NCBI GenBank assembly: GCA_965217035.1
Contig: OZ244226.1
Coordinates: forward strand, 2,276,146-2,340,145
DNA length: 64,000 nt
Direction: 5' to 3'
Origin: Bacteriovoracaceae bacterium
GTDB taxonomy: Bacteria > Bdellovibrionota > Bacteriovoracia > Bacteriovoracales > Bacteriovoracaceae
The notes under the pieces are model-generated. The model saw nothing but the letters and a program-made list of their open reading frames with translations, was not told where the DNA came from and ran no database searches. A program made the translations under genes and the position numbers. Each line of letters starts with the position of its first letter. The stretch's first letter is position 1. Positions 30,964-40,920 of this stretch are shown piece after piece.

Positions 30964-31612
30964 GGCCATTGTTTTAACGAGTGGAGGAATGGATTCTCTT
31001 CTCATTACTGCTCTTAGCCTCGAGAATGGTTACGAGATTTACCCACTTTTTATTCAATATGGTCAGAAGACTGAAACGAGAGAACTTAAGGCTTTTAATG
31101 ATGTCTGTGATCATTACAAAGTTCCTGAAGATCACCGGAAAGTTATGGATTTGAGAGAACTTGGAAAGATAGGGGGAAGTTCCCTGACTGATGTGGATAT
31201 CGCAGTGGAGAGTGAACTTGAAAACAGAGGGATTCCTAAATCCTATGTTCCTTTCAGGAATAGTATTTTTCTTGCTTATGCTGTTTCTTGGGGAGAGGTT
31301 CTCGGAGCAGAGAAAATTATTATTGGAGCGGTTGTTGAAGATGCTCCAGGATATCCTGATTGCCGCCCTGAATATTATACCGCTTACAATCATCTCATCC
31401 GATTTGGGGCCAAAAATAAAATCCAAATCGAGACACCTATTATTCGAATGAGCAAAGAAATGATCCTTCAAGAGTGTGACCGTTTAGAGGCTCCGATAGA
31501 GAAAACATGGTCTTGTTATCAAAATGAAGATAAACCATGCGGGACTTGTGATTCTTGTGTACTTCGAGCTAAAGCTTTTGCTTCGATTGGGAAAGCTGAT
31601 CCGTTGATTTAA
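30950..31612 (+). CDS. queC: 7-cyano-7-deazaguanine synthase
   Basis: SGGMDS, YVPFRN, YPDCR, TWSCY, CGTCDSC.LR. Confidence 0.96.
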   Translation: MSKPKAIVLTSGGMDSLLITALSLENGYEIYPLFIQYGQKTETRELKAFNDVCDHYKVPEDHRKVMDLRELGKIGGSSLTDVDIAVESELENRGIPKSYVPFRNSIFLAYAVSWGEVLGAEKIIIGAVVEDAPGYPDCRPEYYTAYNHLIRFGAKNKIQIETPIIRMSKEMILQECDRLEAPIEKTWSCYQNEDKPCGTCDSCVLRAKAFASIGKADPLI

Positions 31613-31793
31613 TCCGTTTTTATTATGGTGTCCAAATAAATAGAGACTTTAGAAAGCTTTTATAGCTCGTACTTTAGGGATACAGGTCTTTATTATATCC
31701 GAAGGCCGAGGGAGAATTTCCTTTGGTTTTTTTATTGTGTAGTTTTTACAATTCTTCCCAACTCCCAAAGACTTGTGTTATGTTCCTTCCACT

Positions 31794-32402
31794 ATGAAAG
31801 CACTCTCAATTCTTCTTATTTTTGGGTTCCTTAGTTCAAACGTTTATTCACAGGAATATTCAAGAGCTGAAGAATGCGACTTGCTTCTTTCAGATCTCAT
31901 TGAAGCGTTCGATGATTCCTTCAATCCACTTTATTTAAAGTATGAAAAGCAAAAATCTGAACTTGATAAACTAGAGTCTTTTCTAAAAGAAGCTCTTGAG
32001 TCTAAAGATAAAAACACTCGAAGAGTTGTTATCGCTATTACCTCTGGTGTCGCTTCTGTCACTCTGGGATACTTTGCTTTTAGAAATATCAAAACAGCGG
32101 TTCCTTCCAGTCTTGGAGGTATTATAGACCCGACCAGAATGCCTCTCTATTGGCGAATCATTCTTGGTGTCGGAGCAGTTGCAGGAACAGGCTATGCGAT
32201 CACTCAAGGGAGAGACTTCTTTCTTACCAATAAACAAGTCAAAAGAGGGATGAAAGCTGTTGCTGAAGCTCAGGCTAAGCTTGAACAAATCAACGGTGAT
32301 TTGAATAAAAAAATGTGTGAAGCGAATCAACTCATTGTTGAAGAGCTTGAAGCTGAGCAGTGTGCTTCAGTCGGGTTAGCTCATTTTCAGTGTACTAACT
32401 AA
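31794..32402 (+). CDS. Secreted protein: coiled coil / hydrophobic hairpin / coiled coil
   Basis: Signal peptide, two Gly/Ala-rich hydrophobic segments, 4 Cys in the mature part. Confidence 0.65.
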   Translation: MKALSILLIFGFLSSNVYSQEYSRAEECDLLLSDLIEAFDDSFNPLYLKYEKQKSELDKLESFLKEALESKDKNTRRVVIAITSGVASVTLGYFAFRNIKTAVPSSLGGIIDPTRMPLYWRIILGVGAVAGTGYAITQGRDFFLTNKQVKRGMKAVAEAQAKLEQINGDLNKKMCEANQLIVEELEAEQCASVGLAHFQCTN

Positions 32403-32470
32403 GCTAAGTCTCTAATTTAATGTCATAAAAAGCGTTAAAGTCAGGATTCTTTATCAACCGATAAAGAACT

Positions 32471-33583
32471 ATGAAGTTCATTCTCATCATTTCATTATTG
32501 ATTCATTCTACGACCAGCTATGGAATCTCCTGCTGGGCGGTCATTAATAATGCAAGAGAAGTTAAAACTCGGCTCATTACTCGAGAATTTAAAGAGATTA
32601 AGAACTTTGATTATAAAAAGTTCAGTTCCTATCGAGAAATGCTTAAATCCGGTAAGCAGATTGAGTTTAAAACGACAGAGGCTCAGTTAGCGTTTTTAGA
32701 GCACGTCAGTTTTCTTAAGTCGGAAGAAGGACTTGGTTTTGGGTCCTTGGATAACTTAAGTGAGATGCGCTTCAACCAAAAGGCAGCCTTAATTCGTGCA
32801 ACCCAAGTCTTTAATAAAAAAGGGAAGGTTCTTGAAAAACGTCTCGATGATGCCTTGGAGAAGTTTTATGTTGTTCTCCATGCTCCTGATTATGATTTTC
32901 AGAAACTTGCAAATGTCACTAAGAAAGAAAAGTTAAAAGAGATTTTTATAAAGAGACTTAAAGAGGAGAGTCTTAAAGATGGGATCTTTAAGGCTGCCTC
33001 TGAGCAAGGAATTCTTGTTAGGCAAAGCCGCTTTTCAAAAGCATTGAGAGAGCGTTTGAGTTCTCCTAAGCTTTCTTTCGCTTTTAATACAGTCATGAAT
33101 TACTACGCCTTCAGTCTCAAAGGGTGGATGGTTGGATTTATGGCTCCTTTAGATTTTCTAAGAATCAGCGAGCAGGCAAAGGCTTATGGCATTAAATACG
33201 GTCCTGAAGCGGCGGCAGAAAAGTTTTTTAAATCGCGAACGATGGTTTATACAGGAGTTCAAGAGACCTTTGATGTAGGAGCTAAGTACTGGAATCGGTA
33301 TGCCATTGCTGCACTCATCGGAACAACGATTTATAATGTCTACGATGATATCCACATTAGTGATGATGAAGTTGCAGAAGGAAAGGAAGTCATTGATGAG
33401 ATTGAAGAGGCTGTGGTTGAAGACGTTGAACAGCTAGAAGAACTGATTGATAAATTAAACCCCGGATATATAGTCTTTACCAGAAGAATGGAAAGAAAAG
33501 GAATTGAGCTTAATTCTGAAAAGTATTTTGAGGAATGGAAGAAGTACTTCGGAAAAGACTTTCCTTATATGGGGGATGAATGA
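32471..33583 (+). CDS. Secreted/membrane hypothetical protein
   Basis: Signal peptide, helical body, hydrophobic segment near the C-terminus, acidic tail. Confidence 0.7.
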   Translation: MKFILIISLLIHSTTSYGISCWAVINNAREVKTRLITREFKEIKNFDYKKFSSYREMLKSGKQIEFKTTEAQLAFLEHVSFLKSEEGLGFGSLDNLSEMRFNQKAALIRATQVFNKKGKVLEKRLDDALEKFYVVLHAPDYDFQKLANVTKKEKLKEIFIKRLKEESLKDGIFKAASEQGILVRQSRFSKALRERLSSPKLSFAFNTVMNYYAFSLKGWMVGFMAPLDFLRISEQAKAYGIKYGPEAAAEKFFKSRTMVYTGVQETFDVGAKYWNRYAIAALIGTTIYNVYDDIHISDDEVAEGKEVIDEIEEAVVEDVEQLEELIDKLNPGYIVFTRRMERKGIELNSEKYFEEWKKYFGKDFPYMGDE

Positions 33584-34602
33584 AAATCTACTTAGTTGGT
33601 GGAGCCGTTCGAGATGAATTGCTCGGTCGACAAGTCAAAGACAAAGATTATGTCGTCGTAGGTGGGACACCTGAAGATCTGATCTCTAAAGGTTTTTATA
33701 ATGTCGGTAAGCATTTTCCTGTTTTTATCGATCCCCAAACAAAAGATGAGTACGCTCTTGCAAGAAAAGAGAGAAAAGTTTCAAAAGGTCATGACGGATT
33801 TGAATTTGAATTTGGCCCTGAAATTACTCTTGAAGAAGATCTTTTAAGAAGAGATTTTACAATTAATGCCATGGCAAAAGATGATGAGAAGATTATTGAT
33901 CCTTGCAAGGGACGAGAAGATCTTGGGAAAAAAATCCTTCGACATGTATCCGAGCACTTTATTGAAGACCCTCTTCGAGTGATTAGAGGGTTCCGATTTG
34001 CAAGCTATCTCAATTTTAATATTGCAGATGAAACGAAAGCTCTTATGAAAGAGATGGTTGCTTCTGGAGAGCTTAACACACTTTCTTCTGAAAGAGTGTG
34101 GGGAGAGCTTAAAAATGTCTTAAAGTATGGTAATCCAAAAATTTTCTTTGAACTTTGTGAAGAATTTGAACTTGTCGATTTTGTTTTCCCTGGACTTAGT
34201 GTTACTCAAGTTTGTTGGGAAAGATTGACAGGGGAAGATCCTGAAAGCCTCTTTTCACTCGTTCATTTTTTTACATCTGATAGGGAAGCTTATTTTGAAC
34301 GTTATATTGTCCCTAAAAATCTCAAGAAAGAAGCTCTACTCCTCAAGGATTCAGCACAGGGTTTAAGAACTCAATACGATAAGAGTTCAGAAAACTTGCT
34401 TCGATTCTTTAAAAGGATTCGAATGGAGGAAAAAGTTTTACTCCGTCTTATCAAGCAGACTGAAGTTCTTTATCCCGATTTTTCTTATAAACAATTCTTC
34501 TTGGATATTTTAGAAGGTCTTGTGATGCTTGATCTAAGTCAATTTTCGAGTCCTGATAAAATTCAAGAACAACAGTTAAACCTTATCAAGTCTTACCTTT
34601 AG
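33580..34602 (+). CDS. cca: CCA-adding tRNA nucleotidyltransferase (short, no HD domain evident)
   Basis: VGGAVRD, DKDYVV, EDLLRRDFTINAMA, EDPLRVIRGFRF. Confidence 0.92.
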   Translation: MKIYLVGGAVRDELLGRQVKDKDYVVVGGTPEDLISKGFYNVGKHFPVFIDPQTKDEYALARKERKVSKGHDGFEFEFGPEITLEEDLLRRDFTINAMAKDDEKIIDPCKGREDLGKKILRHVSEHFIEDPLRVIRGFRFASYLNFNIADETKALMKEMVASGELNTLSSERVWGELKNVLKYGNPKIFFELCEEFELVDFVFPGLSVTQVCWERLTGEDPESLFSLVHFFTSDREAYFERYIVPKNLKKEALLLKDSAQGLRTQYDKSSENLLRFFKRIRMEEKVLLRLIKQTEVLYPDFSYKQFFLDILEGLVMLDLSQFSSPDKIQEQQLNLIKSYL

Positions 34603-34750
34603 GACTTCCTGGCCCTTTTCCTAAAGCCAGTTTGGCCCTGACAGAGGGTCTTGGCACCCCCTAAAATGGACTCTAAGTGCTGTCATTTTCAGTAGGCAAA
34701 TTTTGCCGTTTTGTCACGCTTTTTGCACTTATGCTCTGTGAGGAGAGCTT

Positions 34751-35593
34751 GTGAAAAGTTTCGTAACAAAATTCATTGGAATCATTATCGGCTTAAGCTT
34801 GGTTCAATCAGCTTCAGCGCAGATGAATTCTCAAATGCAATTGAACGGAATGGGGTCTGAAGAAACCCAATCTTCTTTTGGGATGATTCTTGGTATGGAC
34901 TACCTCTCTAATCTTCACCAAAAGGAATCAGCTGAAGCACAAGGAAATTTAAATGGCATGGCTGGACTGACTTATAGGTTCAGTGGTTATCAATTAATGG
35001 TTTCTCTAAGCTACACAAAAGAGTTAGAAAATTTAAGAGAGGATCAAGTTAATGATGCTTCTATTGCTCTTTTTGGTTTAAATACAAAACTTTCTGATCA
35101 AGCGATGCTTATTACGAATGTTGTAGGCGTTCTTGCTCTTAGTGAAGAATCAAGAGAAGTGAACTACTTTCAGGGCGCAATTAGAGTTCCAATGATTCTT
35201 AACTATCAAACTGATACTGATTGGCTTTCGCTTCAGGGGTACTTATCTGGAACTGTAAACAGCCATGAGTTTGAGACAAATTTCAATGGTGAAAGTAATC
35301 AGCAGTTTGTTGGGTCTGTAGGAGCTGGATTTAATGTTTCTTTTACTGACTCATTATTCTGGATGAGTCGGTATAGAGTTTCTCAGGCACGTTCTTATGA
35401 TGGAGAAGTCTTTAATCCAGTCAGTGGTTATGACACTTTCCTTACTTACAATATGAATAGAAATATAAGCCTTACACTTGGGTTTATCACTCAGGTGTCT
35501 TTATATAATGATCAATCAAAATTACAACCAGTGGAGAGGTTGTTTGCATCCAGTGATTCTTTGTTTACGTCGGGAATCACGGTAATGTTCTAG
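34751..35593 (+). CDS. Outer-membrane beta-barrel protein
   Basis: RBS AGGAG with GTG start, signal peptide, amphipathic strands, terminal F. Confidence 0.7.
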   Translation: MKSFVTKFIGIIIGLSLVQSASAQMNSQMQLNGMGSEETQSSFGMILGMDYLSNLHQKESAEAQGNLNGMAGLTYRFSGYQLMVSLSYTKELENLREDQVNDASIALFGLNTKLSDQAMLITNVVGVLALSEESREVNYFQGAIRVPMILNYQTDTDWLSLQGYLSGTVNSHEFETNFNGESNQQFVGSVGAGFNVSFTDSLFWMSRYRVSQARSYDGEVFNPVSGYDTFLTYNMNRNISLTLGFITQVSLYNDQSKLQPVERLFASSDSLFTSGITVMF

Positions 35594-35602
35594 GGAGTCG
35601 GA

Positions 35603-38600
35603 ATGGCAGCTTTATTTAACATTTTTCTTTTGAAATCTTTCTTAATTGCAAGTTTCATTATTTTCTTTTTCTCTTGTGCCAAAGAGCAACCTTATGAGGA
35701 AGTTTTTAAAGAAGATGAGGTTCTTTCAAAGTCTTTAATTTCTACGAAGCAAAACCCTGGTAAAGCAGTGACTTATAATAAATTGGTTGAAGGAGATAAT
35801 CCAGAAGCTCCTTTGATTAAAGGTTTAGAAGAAACGATCGCTGATGATGTCTATCTTTATATCCCCACAGTTGAGACTGGTTCTTATTACTCAGCTCAAG
35901 TGATGCCTTATCATGTTGGAGATGAAAAACTTGTGAAGTTTGAATTTACTCAAGATAGTCTTAAGATTATCGGGCATGAGCGTGACACAAGGTTTAGAGG
36001 AGTAAATAGCGGAAAACCTATCATTGAAATTCCAGTTGAGCATCTTGATTTCAAGTGTCGAGAAAATAGCAATAACGAATGTAGCAATGAGGAAGAAGAG
36101 AATAGAGATATTTCGTGGAAAGATAAAAAATATGTAGAGCTTCAGTTTAGTCAACTAAAAGTGACGAACTTTGATACTGCAGCTGGAGTTTATAATGAGC
36201 TCATCAATCAAATCTATAAGTGTAATACAGTAGAAGGTGTTTCAGTTAAGTCTTGGAGTATAACCGAAGATACTGTTGATATAGTTGTTGAGAAGACAAT
36301 GAGAACGAGTCTTTACTGTATGAATCTCAGAACATCAAGTTTCTCTGATCAGAGTTATAAAATCAATCACAGATACTTCTTTAAGAAGCTTAACTCGATC
36401 GCAAGTCCTGATTACAAACCAGCACTTTATGCAAGAGATGATGAATCAGCTTTCGGGTTTTTCAAAAGTGGATTCAAGACTCTTTCGGCTGATAATCAAG
36501 AGCTTTATTATTCAGAGAAAATTTTCATGAATCGTTTTAATCCTAAAAAGAAAACGATTACATATTATCTCAGTGAAAATCATTTCTCGCCTGAGTTTGC
36601 AGGAATTCTGAAAGCAACAAAACAAGCAATTGCAGTTGTTAATAATGGGCTCTCTCAAGCAGGGACAGGAATGAAAATTGAGTTGAGTACGAAATCAAGA
36701 GAGGAAGTTCCTCAGAAACTTGCGAACTCAATCATTATGGTTAAAGAACCATTTAAGGCTGGACCTCTCGGTTATGGACCAAGTGTTAAAAACCCTCTCA
36801 ACGGTGAAATTTTAATGGGTCAAACCGTAATGTACTACGGAAATATGCTTTGGACGATTCGCTCTGCTTACAATGATTTATTAAGAGCAGGATCGACTAT
36901 ACAGATTCAACCAAAACAAGTTAATAATCACAACCATGATGAAGATAATAGGCCAGCAAAGAAAAGTGTTAGCTTTAACGAAGAAATTAAAAACTTCCAA
37001 GAAGATCAATTCTTAGAGCTTGTTTGGGCCGATAAAGGATTTGATTTTGAGCAAGGAACGATGAATGAATTCTTCCATGCTTACGATCAAATTAGACTTG
37101 ATAAATACCTTGATACCTTAAAAGGAGGAGATCAATTAAGAACGACTCTTTTCCAAAAAGATTTTAATGATCTTTTAAGAATCGATGATCTTTATAGTGA
37201 GAATAATATCTTCGCTGCTGATCACTTGAATGTACAGGGAATGCTTCAAAGTATTTTTGAGCTTCCTGAAATGAAAGATGAATCAATGAAGCCGTGGATG
37301 TACTTGAGTGATGTTCAAAAAGAGAAGATTATCGAATTAATGATCCCTAAGCTTTGGGTTCCGGTTCTTATTCATGAAATCGGGCATAATCTCGGGTTGA
37401 GACATAATTTCTCTGGTTCTGAAGATAAAGAAAACTTTTACTCTAAGGAAGAACTTGCGGATATGGGAATCGAATTCGAAGCTCCTTACAGAATGGTTTA
37501 CACAGAAGAGGAGAAAAAAATAGATGATCCGCAAACAGGAAAAGTTACAATTACTCCGAAGTATATGTTTCCTTATAGCTCTGTGATGGACTACACACAT
37601 AGTGATATCAATGCTCTTCCTGTTATGGGTAAATATGATATAGCTGCTCTTCAGTTTGGGTATGCTCGAAAAATGAATACAAAGAGTGGACAAAAAGTTG
37701 ATGTTGGATTAACCACTCAGCTTCTCTCTGATGAAGTTAAAGGTCAGTTAGCAGATTATATGTACTGTTCTGATGAAGGTGTTTATCTTAATCCAACTTG
37801 CAACAGATTCGATGAAGGAACAAACTCTTCTGAAATCGTAGAATTCTATATCAAGGAGTACCAAAAGAATCTCTCTCGAATCAATAGTAAGCAAGATAGG
37901 TTAAACTTTTCTGCCTTTGATAACTTCAGTCACTTTAGAAGAAAGTACTTTAGAACTTTCTTTAATATCAGAAAGTTCTTTGATCTTTTTGAAAGATATT
38001 TAGCGCTTATAGAAGAAAGAGGAATTGATCTTTCTAAACCTGAAAATACAGAGCTGAGAAAGATTATGGCAGATAACTACAAAGCAGTTCAAATGAGTGC
38101 TGATTTTATGGTCGGAATCATCCGGACGGTTGATGCTCAATGCAAGATCTTTAATACTCAATCAGGTGCAGAACAGTGGGTCCCACTCAAAGGTCTTGGT
38201 TACACGAGCTGTAGTCAGGCGAATAAACTTCTTAATAAATATGGATGGGTTGCAATTTCTCAAATCGGCCAACCACTTATTGATACAAAATCAGCTGATA
38301 ATGAAAATATCTACGTTGATCAGATTGACGTCAGGGGATACTGGATCGACAAGCTTCTTGCTCTTGAGACTCTTTTAAAGAGAAAGCACGAGATTCAATC
38401 ATTTGATGACAACCTTGATAATTATGTCTCAATGGGAGTTAAGTTAAGCTCTGGGCAAACAGTTGAAGCTGCTATTGCTGATTATGCGAATGAATTAATA
38501 GACGGAAAATCAAAAAGATCGTTTCGCTCAATAAGTGCAAATGGAGAGCTTAAAACTGAGACAATTCTCATCGATTCTTCTGAACAGCAGTTTGTTCCAA

Positions 38601-39358
38601 ATACAGTGAGTGGATATTTTAACTGGAGAATGGGACTTAAAAGAGGAAAAACTCATCTTTCTCGAATTCTTTTTCAAAGTATTGTCGAGAGCAAAGGTCC
38701 ATACGATAACCTAAGAAAGAATAAGTTCACTAAGGATTACCTTGTGTACCAGAGTAATTACAGATTAGAGAATCCAACTCTTATCTCTACAGACTTTGGT
38801 GACTTCTACTTCGAAAAAGATAATCTTATCGCAAAGACTCTTAAGGAGAAGATTGAGCTTATTGAAATTACATCAGAAACAAGCTCAGAAGTTATCTCTT
38901 CTATTGCTATCCAAAAGATTGAAGGAAAAACGGTTGAGCAGATCAAAGCTGGAATCAATGAATCTTTAGCAAAAGAAGGAGAAGCTCTTTATGCTAATCC
39001 GGCACTTAAAAAAGAGTTCGATATTGTTGCATCAATCTCTCAAGAAAGTTTAAAGAAGTATGTTGATCAGAAGTTTTCTGAAATTGCTGAAGAGGATAGA
39101 TTAAAAATAGCTCAACATATCCAAACTGTCGGGACAGATATTTTAATTCGATCAAGTGCAGAGATAGCAGATAAAGGAAAAACTGGATTAAAAATAGCTG
39201 TGAACTTTATGCTTGAAAGAGCTCCGAAAGCAGAAGTGATTGAAGCTGTTGCTGGAGTAGAAAATATCTATGTTCTAAAGAGTCTTATTAATCAAACTCT
39301 TAACTCGATAGGGCATTATAAAAAGGTACTAAGCTCTATGAGCCAGATCAAAAAATAA
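35603..39358 (+). CDS. Large lipoprotein zinc metalloprotease (metzincin; DUF4953/EcxA-like)
   Basis: Lipobox FFSC; LGYGPS..NP..GEI, HEIGHNLGLRHNF, Met-turn SSVMDY, GKYD.AAL.FGY. Confidence 0.88.
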   Translation: MAALFNIFLLKSFLIASFIIFFFSCAKEQPYEEVFKEDEVLSKSLISTKQNPGKAVTYNKLVEGDNPEAPLIKGLEETIADDVYLYIPTVETGSYYSAQVMPYHVGDEKLVKFEFTQDSLKIIGHERDTRFRGVNSGKPIIEIPVEHLDFKCRENSNNECSNEEEENRDISWKDKKYVELQFSQLKVTNFDTAAGVYNELINQIYKCNTVEGVSVKSWSITEDTVDIVVEKTMRTSLYCMNLRTSSFSDQSYKINHRYFFKKLNSIASPDYKPALYARDDESAFGFFKSGFKTLSADNQELYYSEKIFMNRFNPKKKTITYYLSENHFSPEFAGILKATKQAIAVVNNGLSQAGTGMKIELSTKSREEVPQKLANSIIMVKEPFKAGPLGYGPSVKNPLNGEILMGQTVMYYGNMLWTIRSAYNDLLRAGSTIQIQPKQVNNHNHDEDNRPAKKSVSFNEEIKNFQEDQFLELVWADKGFDFEQGTMNEFFHAYDQIRLDKYLDTLKGGDQLRTTLFQKDFNDLLRIDDLYSENNIFAADHLNVQGMLQSIFELPEMKDESMKPWMYLSDVQKEKIIELMIPKLWVPVLIHEIGHNLGLRHNFSGSEDKENFYSKEELADMGIEFEAPYRMVYTEEEKKIDDPQTGKVTITPKYMFPYSSVMDYTHSDINALPVMGKYDIAALQFGYARKMNTKSGQKVDVGLTTQLLSDEVKGQLADYMYCSDEGVYLNPTCNRFDEGTNSSEIVEFYIKEYQKNLSRINSKQDRLNFSAFDNFSHFRRKYFRTFFNIRKFFDLFERYLALIEERGIDLSKPENTELRKIMADNYKAVQMSADFMVGIIRTVDAQCKIFNTQSGAEQWVPLKGLGYTSCSQANKLLNKYGWVAISQIGQPLIDTKSADNENIYVDQIDVRGYWIDKLLALETLLKRKHEIQSFDDNLDNYVSMGVKLSSGQTVEAAIADYANELIDGKSKRSFRSISANGELKTETILIDSSEQQFVPNTVSGYFNWRMGLKRGKTHLSRILFQSIVESKGPYDNLRKNKFTKDYLVYQSNYRLENPTLISTDFGDFYFEKDNLIAKTLKEKIELIEITSETSSEVISSIAIQKIEGKTVEQIKAGINESLAKEGEALYANPALKKEFDIVASISQESLKKYVDQKFSEIAEEDRLKIAQHIQTVGTDILIRSSAEIADKGKTGLKIAVNFMLERAPKAEVIEAVAGVENIYVLKSLINQTLNSIGHYKKVLSSMSQIKK

Positions 39359-39432
39359 TAACGAGTTCGTGATGGTCTGAGGCGGCCATCACAACTGTGG
39401 CTTTTTTAAGCCATATAGACTTCCAGGCGTAT

Positions 39433-39463
39433 GGGCTCCAGTAATGCTGGGGCCCTCTTTTTT
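39433..39463 (+). terminator. Rho-independent terminator
   Basis: GGGCTCCAG-TAATG-CTGGGGCCC-TCTTTTTT. Confidence 0.8.
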
Positions 39464-39647
39464 GCTCATTTTTACTTATCTTGTTGCCATATCGATGCTC
39501 GTCCTGAGTAGGGGACTGTAGAAAATTCCTATTTTTGCTTTTCTTAACCTAGGTCAATTACCTACAAAAAGATCACTTGTATGTTGTGCAAAAAATAAGG
39601 GCTGAAAGCTCTTAAATTATTAGAATTAAGGGGATTCTAGATAAATT

Positions 39648-40262
39648 ATGAGGCTATTAGAAAAACAACTCTTTCTTTATTCGCTTAAGACCTATTGCAA
39701 GACAGGGAAGTATAAAATTTTAGGTCCAACTCAGGGGACAAAACTGAAAGCTGAGGCACTTAAAAAAATTCGAAGATACAGAGAAGATTATCTAAGGAAT
39801 CATGAGGATTACCTTCTCGCTAAAGATCAAGCTAATCTTGAAGAACAACATCATTTTGATCTAAGAAGTTATCATGTTGTCGCAGTTGATAAAGATAGAA
39901 ATATAATGGGGTATCTTCGATTATTACCTTACCCTCATGAAATAACATTCCTAGCTTCTCATCTAGAAACTCCTCAAAATTATTTAGAACTAAATAGATT
40001 TTTAGTTTCAAAAGAAAATGAAGAAATAGGAAAAAAAATCATGTTTAGAGCAGCTGTTTTTGTATGCGTCAATAAAGTGTATGAAGGACTTACAGCTTTT
40101 TGTTGCGAAAAAAAAGAAAAGGAATTTATGCATTTTGGACTGAATGTGATCCAAGAGAATATCAATTTGAAACATCGAGATAATAGATTATATAAGTATA
40201 TCTCAGCAGATCATAATGACTTACTGAAGGCGAGTTTCAATTATTTAAAAAAAAATTCATGA
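39648..40262 (+). CDS. GNAT-fold acyl-ACP-dependent N-acyltransferase (LuxI/FeeM/OlsB superfamily-like)
   Basis: R.Y...FD..SYH......G.LRLLP...ELNRF.V pattern. Confidence 0.6.
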   Translation: MRLLEKQLFLYSLKTYCKTGKYKILGPTQGTKLKAEALKKIRRYREDYLRNHEDYLLAKDQANLEEQHHFDLRSYHVVAVDKDRNIMGYLRLLPYPHEITFLASHLETPQNYLELNRFLVSKENEEIGKKIMFRAAVFVCVNKVYEGLTAFCCEKKEKEFMHFGLNVIQENINLKHRDNRLYKYISADHNDLLKASFNYLKKNS

Positions 40263-40316
40263 AAAGGCTCCTCTCGGTTTGTAAAAGGAGCCAGTTAGAA
40301 TTTGATACAATAGGTA

Positions 40317-40718
40317 TTAAAAAAAGGACTTTTTACAACAAATATATTCAGAATCTTTATAGAAGCTGATTACTCCATAATATTCATTTCTTTCACAGAG
40401 TTCAAGGTCAGTATTAGGTTCGTTACTCAGAATAATACTGATATAAAGAGATTCACCATATTCGTTAAGGACAGCTTCGCTGTTATAAATTGTTGTCAAC
40501 TGACCACTTTTTACTTTATCAACCTCTAAATTCAGATCTTCGACCTCTATTTTTGGAATAGAGAGAAGAACTGTATCATCATCAAATTCTTGTGTTAGCT
40601 GAAAATTAAATTGTTGAAAAGTATTTTTGTTCAAAGTTCTACATTCCATTTCTGTATTTGCATATAGGGATGGGGTAAGTCCGATAATAGTGAATAATAA
40701 AGCTAATAAAGATTTCAT
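40317..40718 (-). CDS. Small secreted 4-Cys protein (paralog of 43238-43597)
   Basis: RBS AAGGAG then ATG 40718; signal peptide; ends ICCKK. Confidence 0.75.
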   Translation of the reverse strand: MKSLLALLFTIIGLTPSLYANTEMECRTLNKNTFQQFNFQLTQEFDDDTVLLSIPKIEVEDLNLEVDKVKSGQLTTIYNSEAVLNEYGESLYISIILSNEPNTDLELCERNEYYGVISFYKDSEYICCKKSFF

Positions 40719-40825
40719 TGTTTCTCCTTTGGTTTCTGACATCTTAACTTGTTATATTGTTGAAAATGTTCATACCTTTTTTCTATCGAAGAAATCTAGT
40801 CAGATTTTTAATTTATCTTTAAAAC

Positions 40826-40845
40826 TGTGAACAGTTTTGTGAACA
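40826..40845 (+). promoter_or_regulatory. Tandem TGTGAACA-N4-TGTGAACA box (candidate operator)
   Basis: Same architecture recurs at 43095-43114; the first half-site lies within the palindrome AAAACTGT-GA-ACAGTTTT. Confidence 0.55.
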
Positions 40846-40920
40846 ATAAAACTATTCTGGTCATTGTAAAAAGTTCAAAAAACTTGTTTGCCATTTATTT
40901 TTCCAATAAAACACAAGGAT

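Noticed and set aside
34651..34670. TTGGCAC as a sigma54 -24 box
   Set aside because: No GC at the -12 position.
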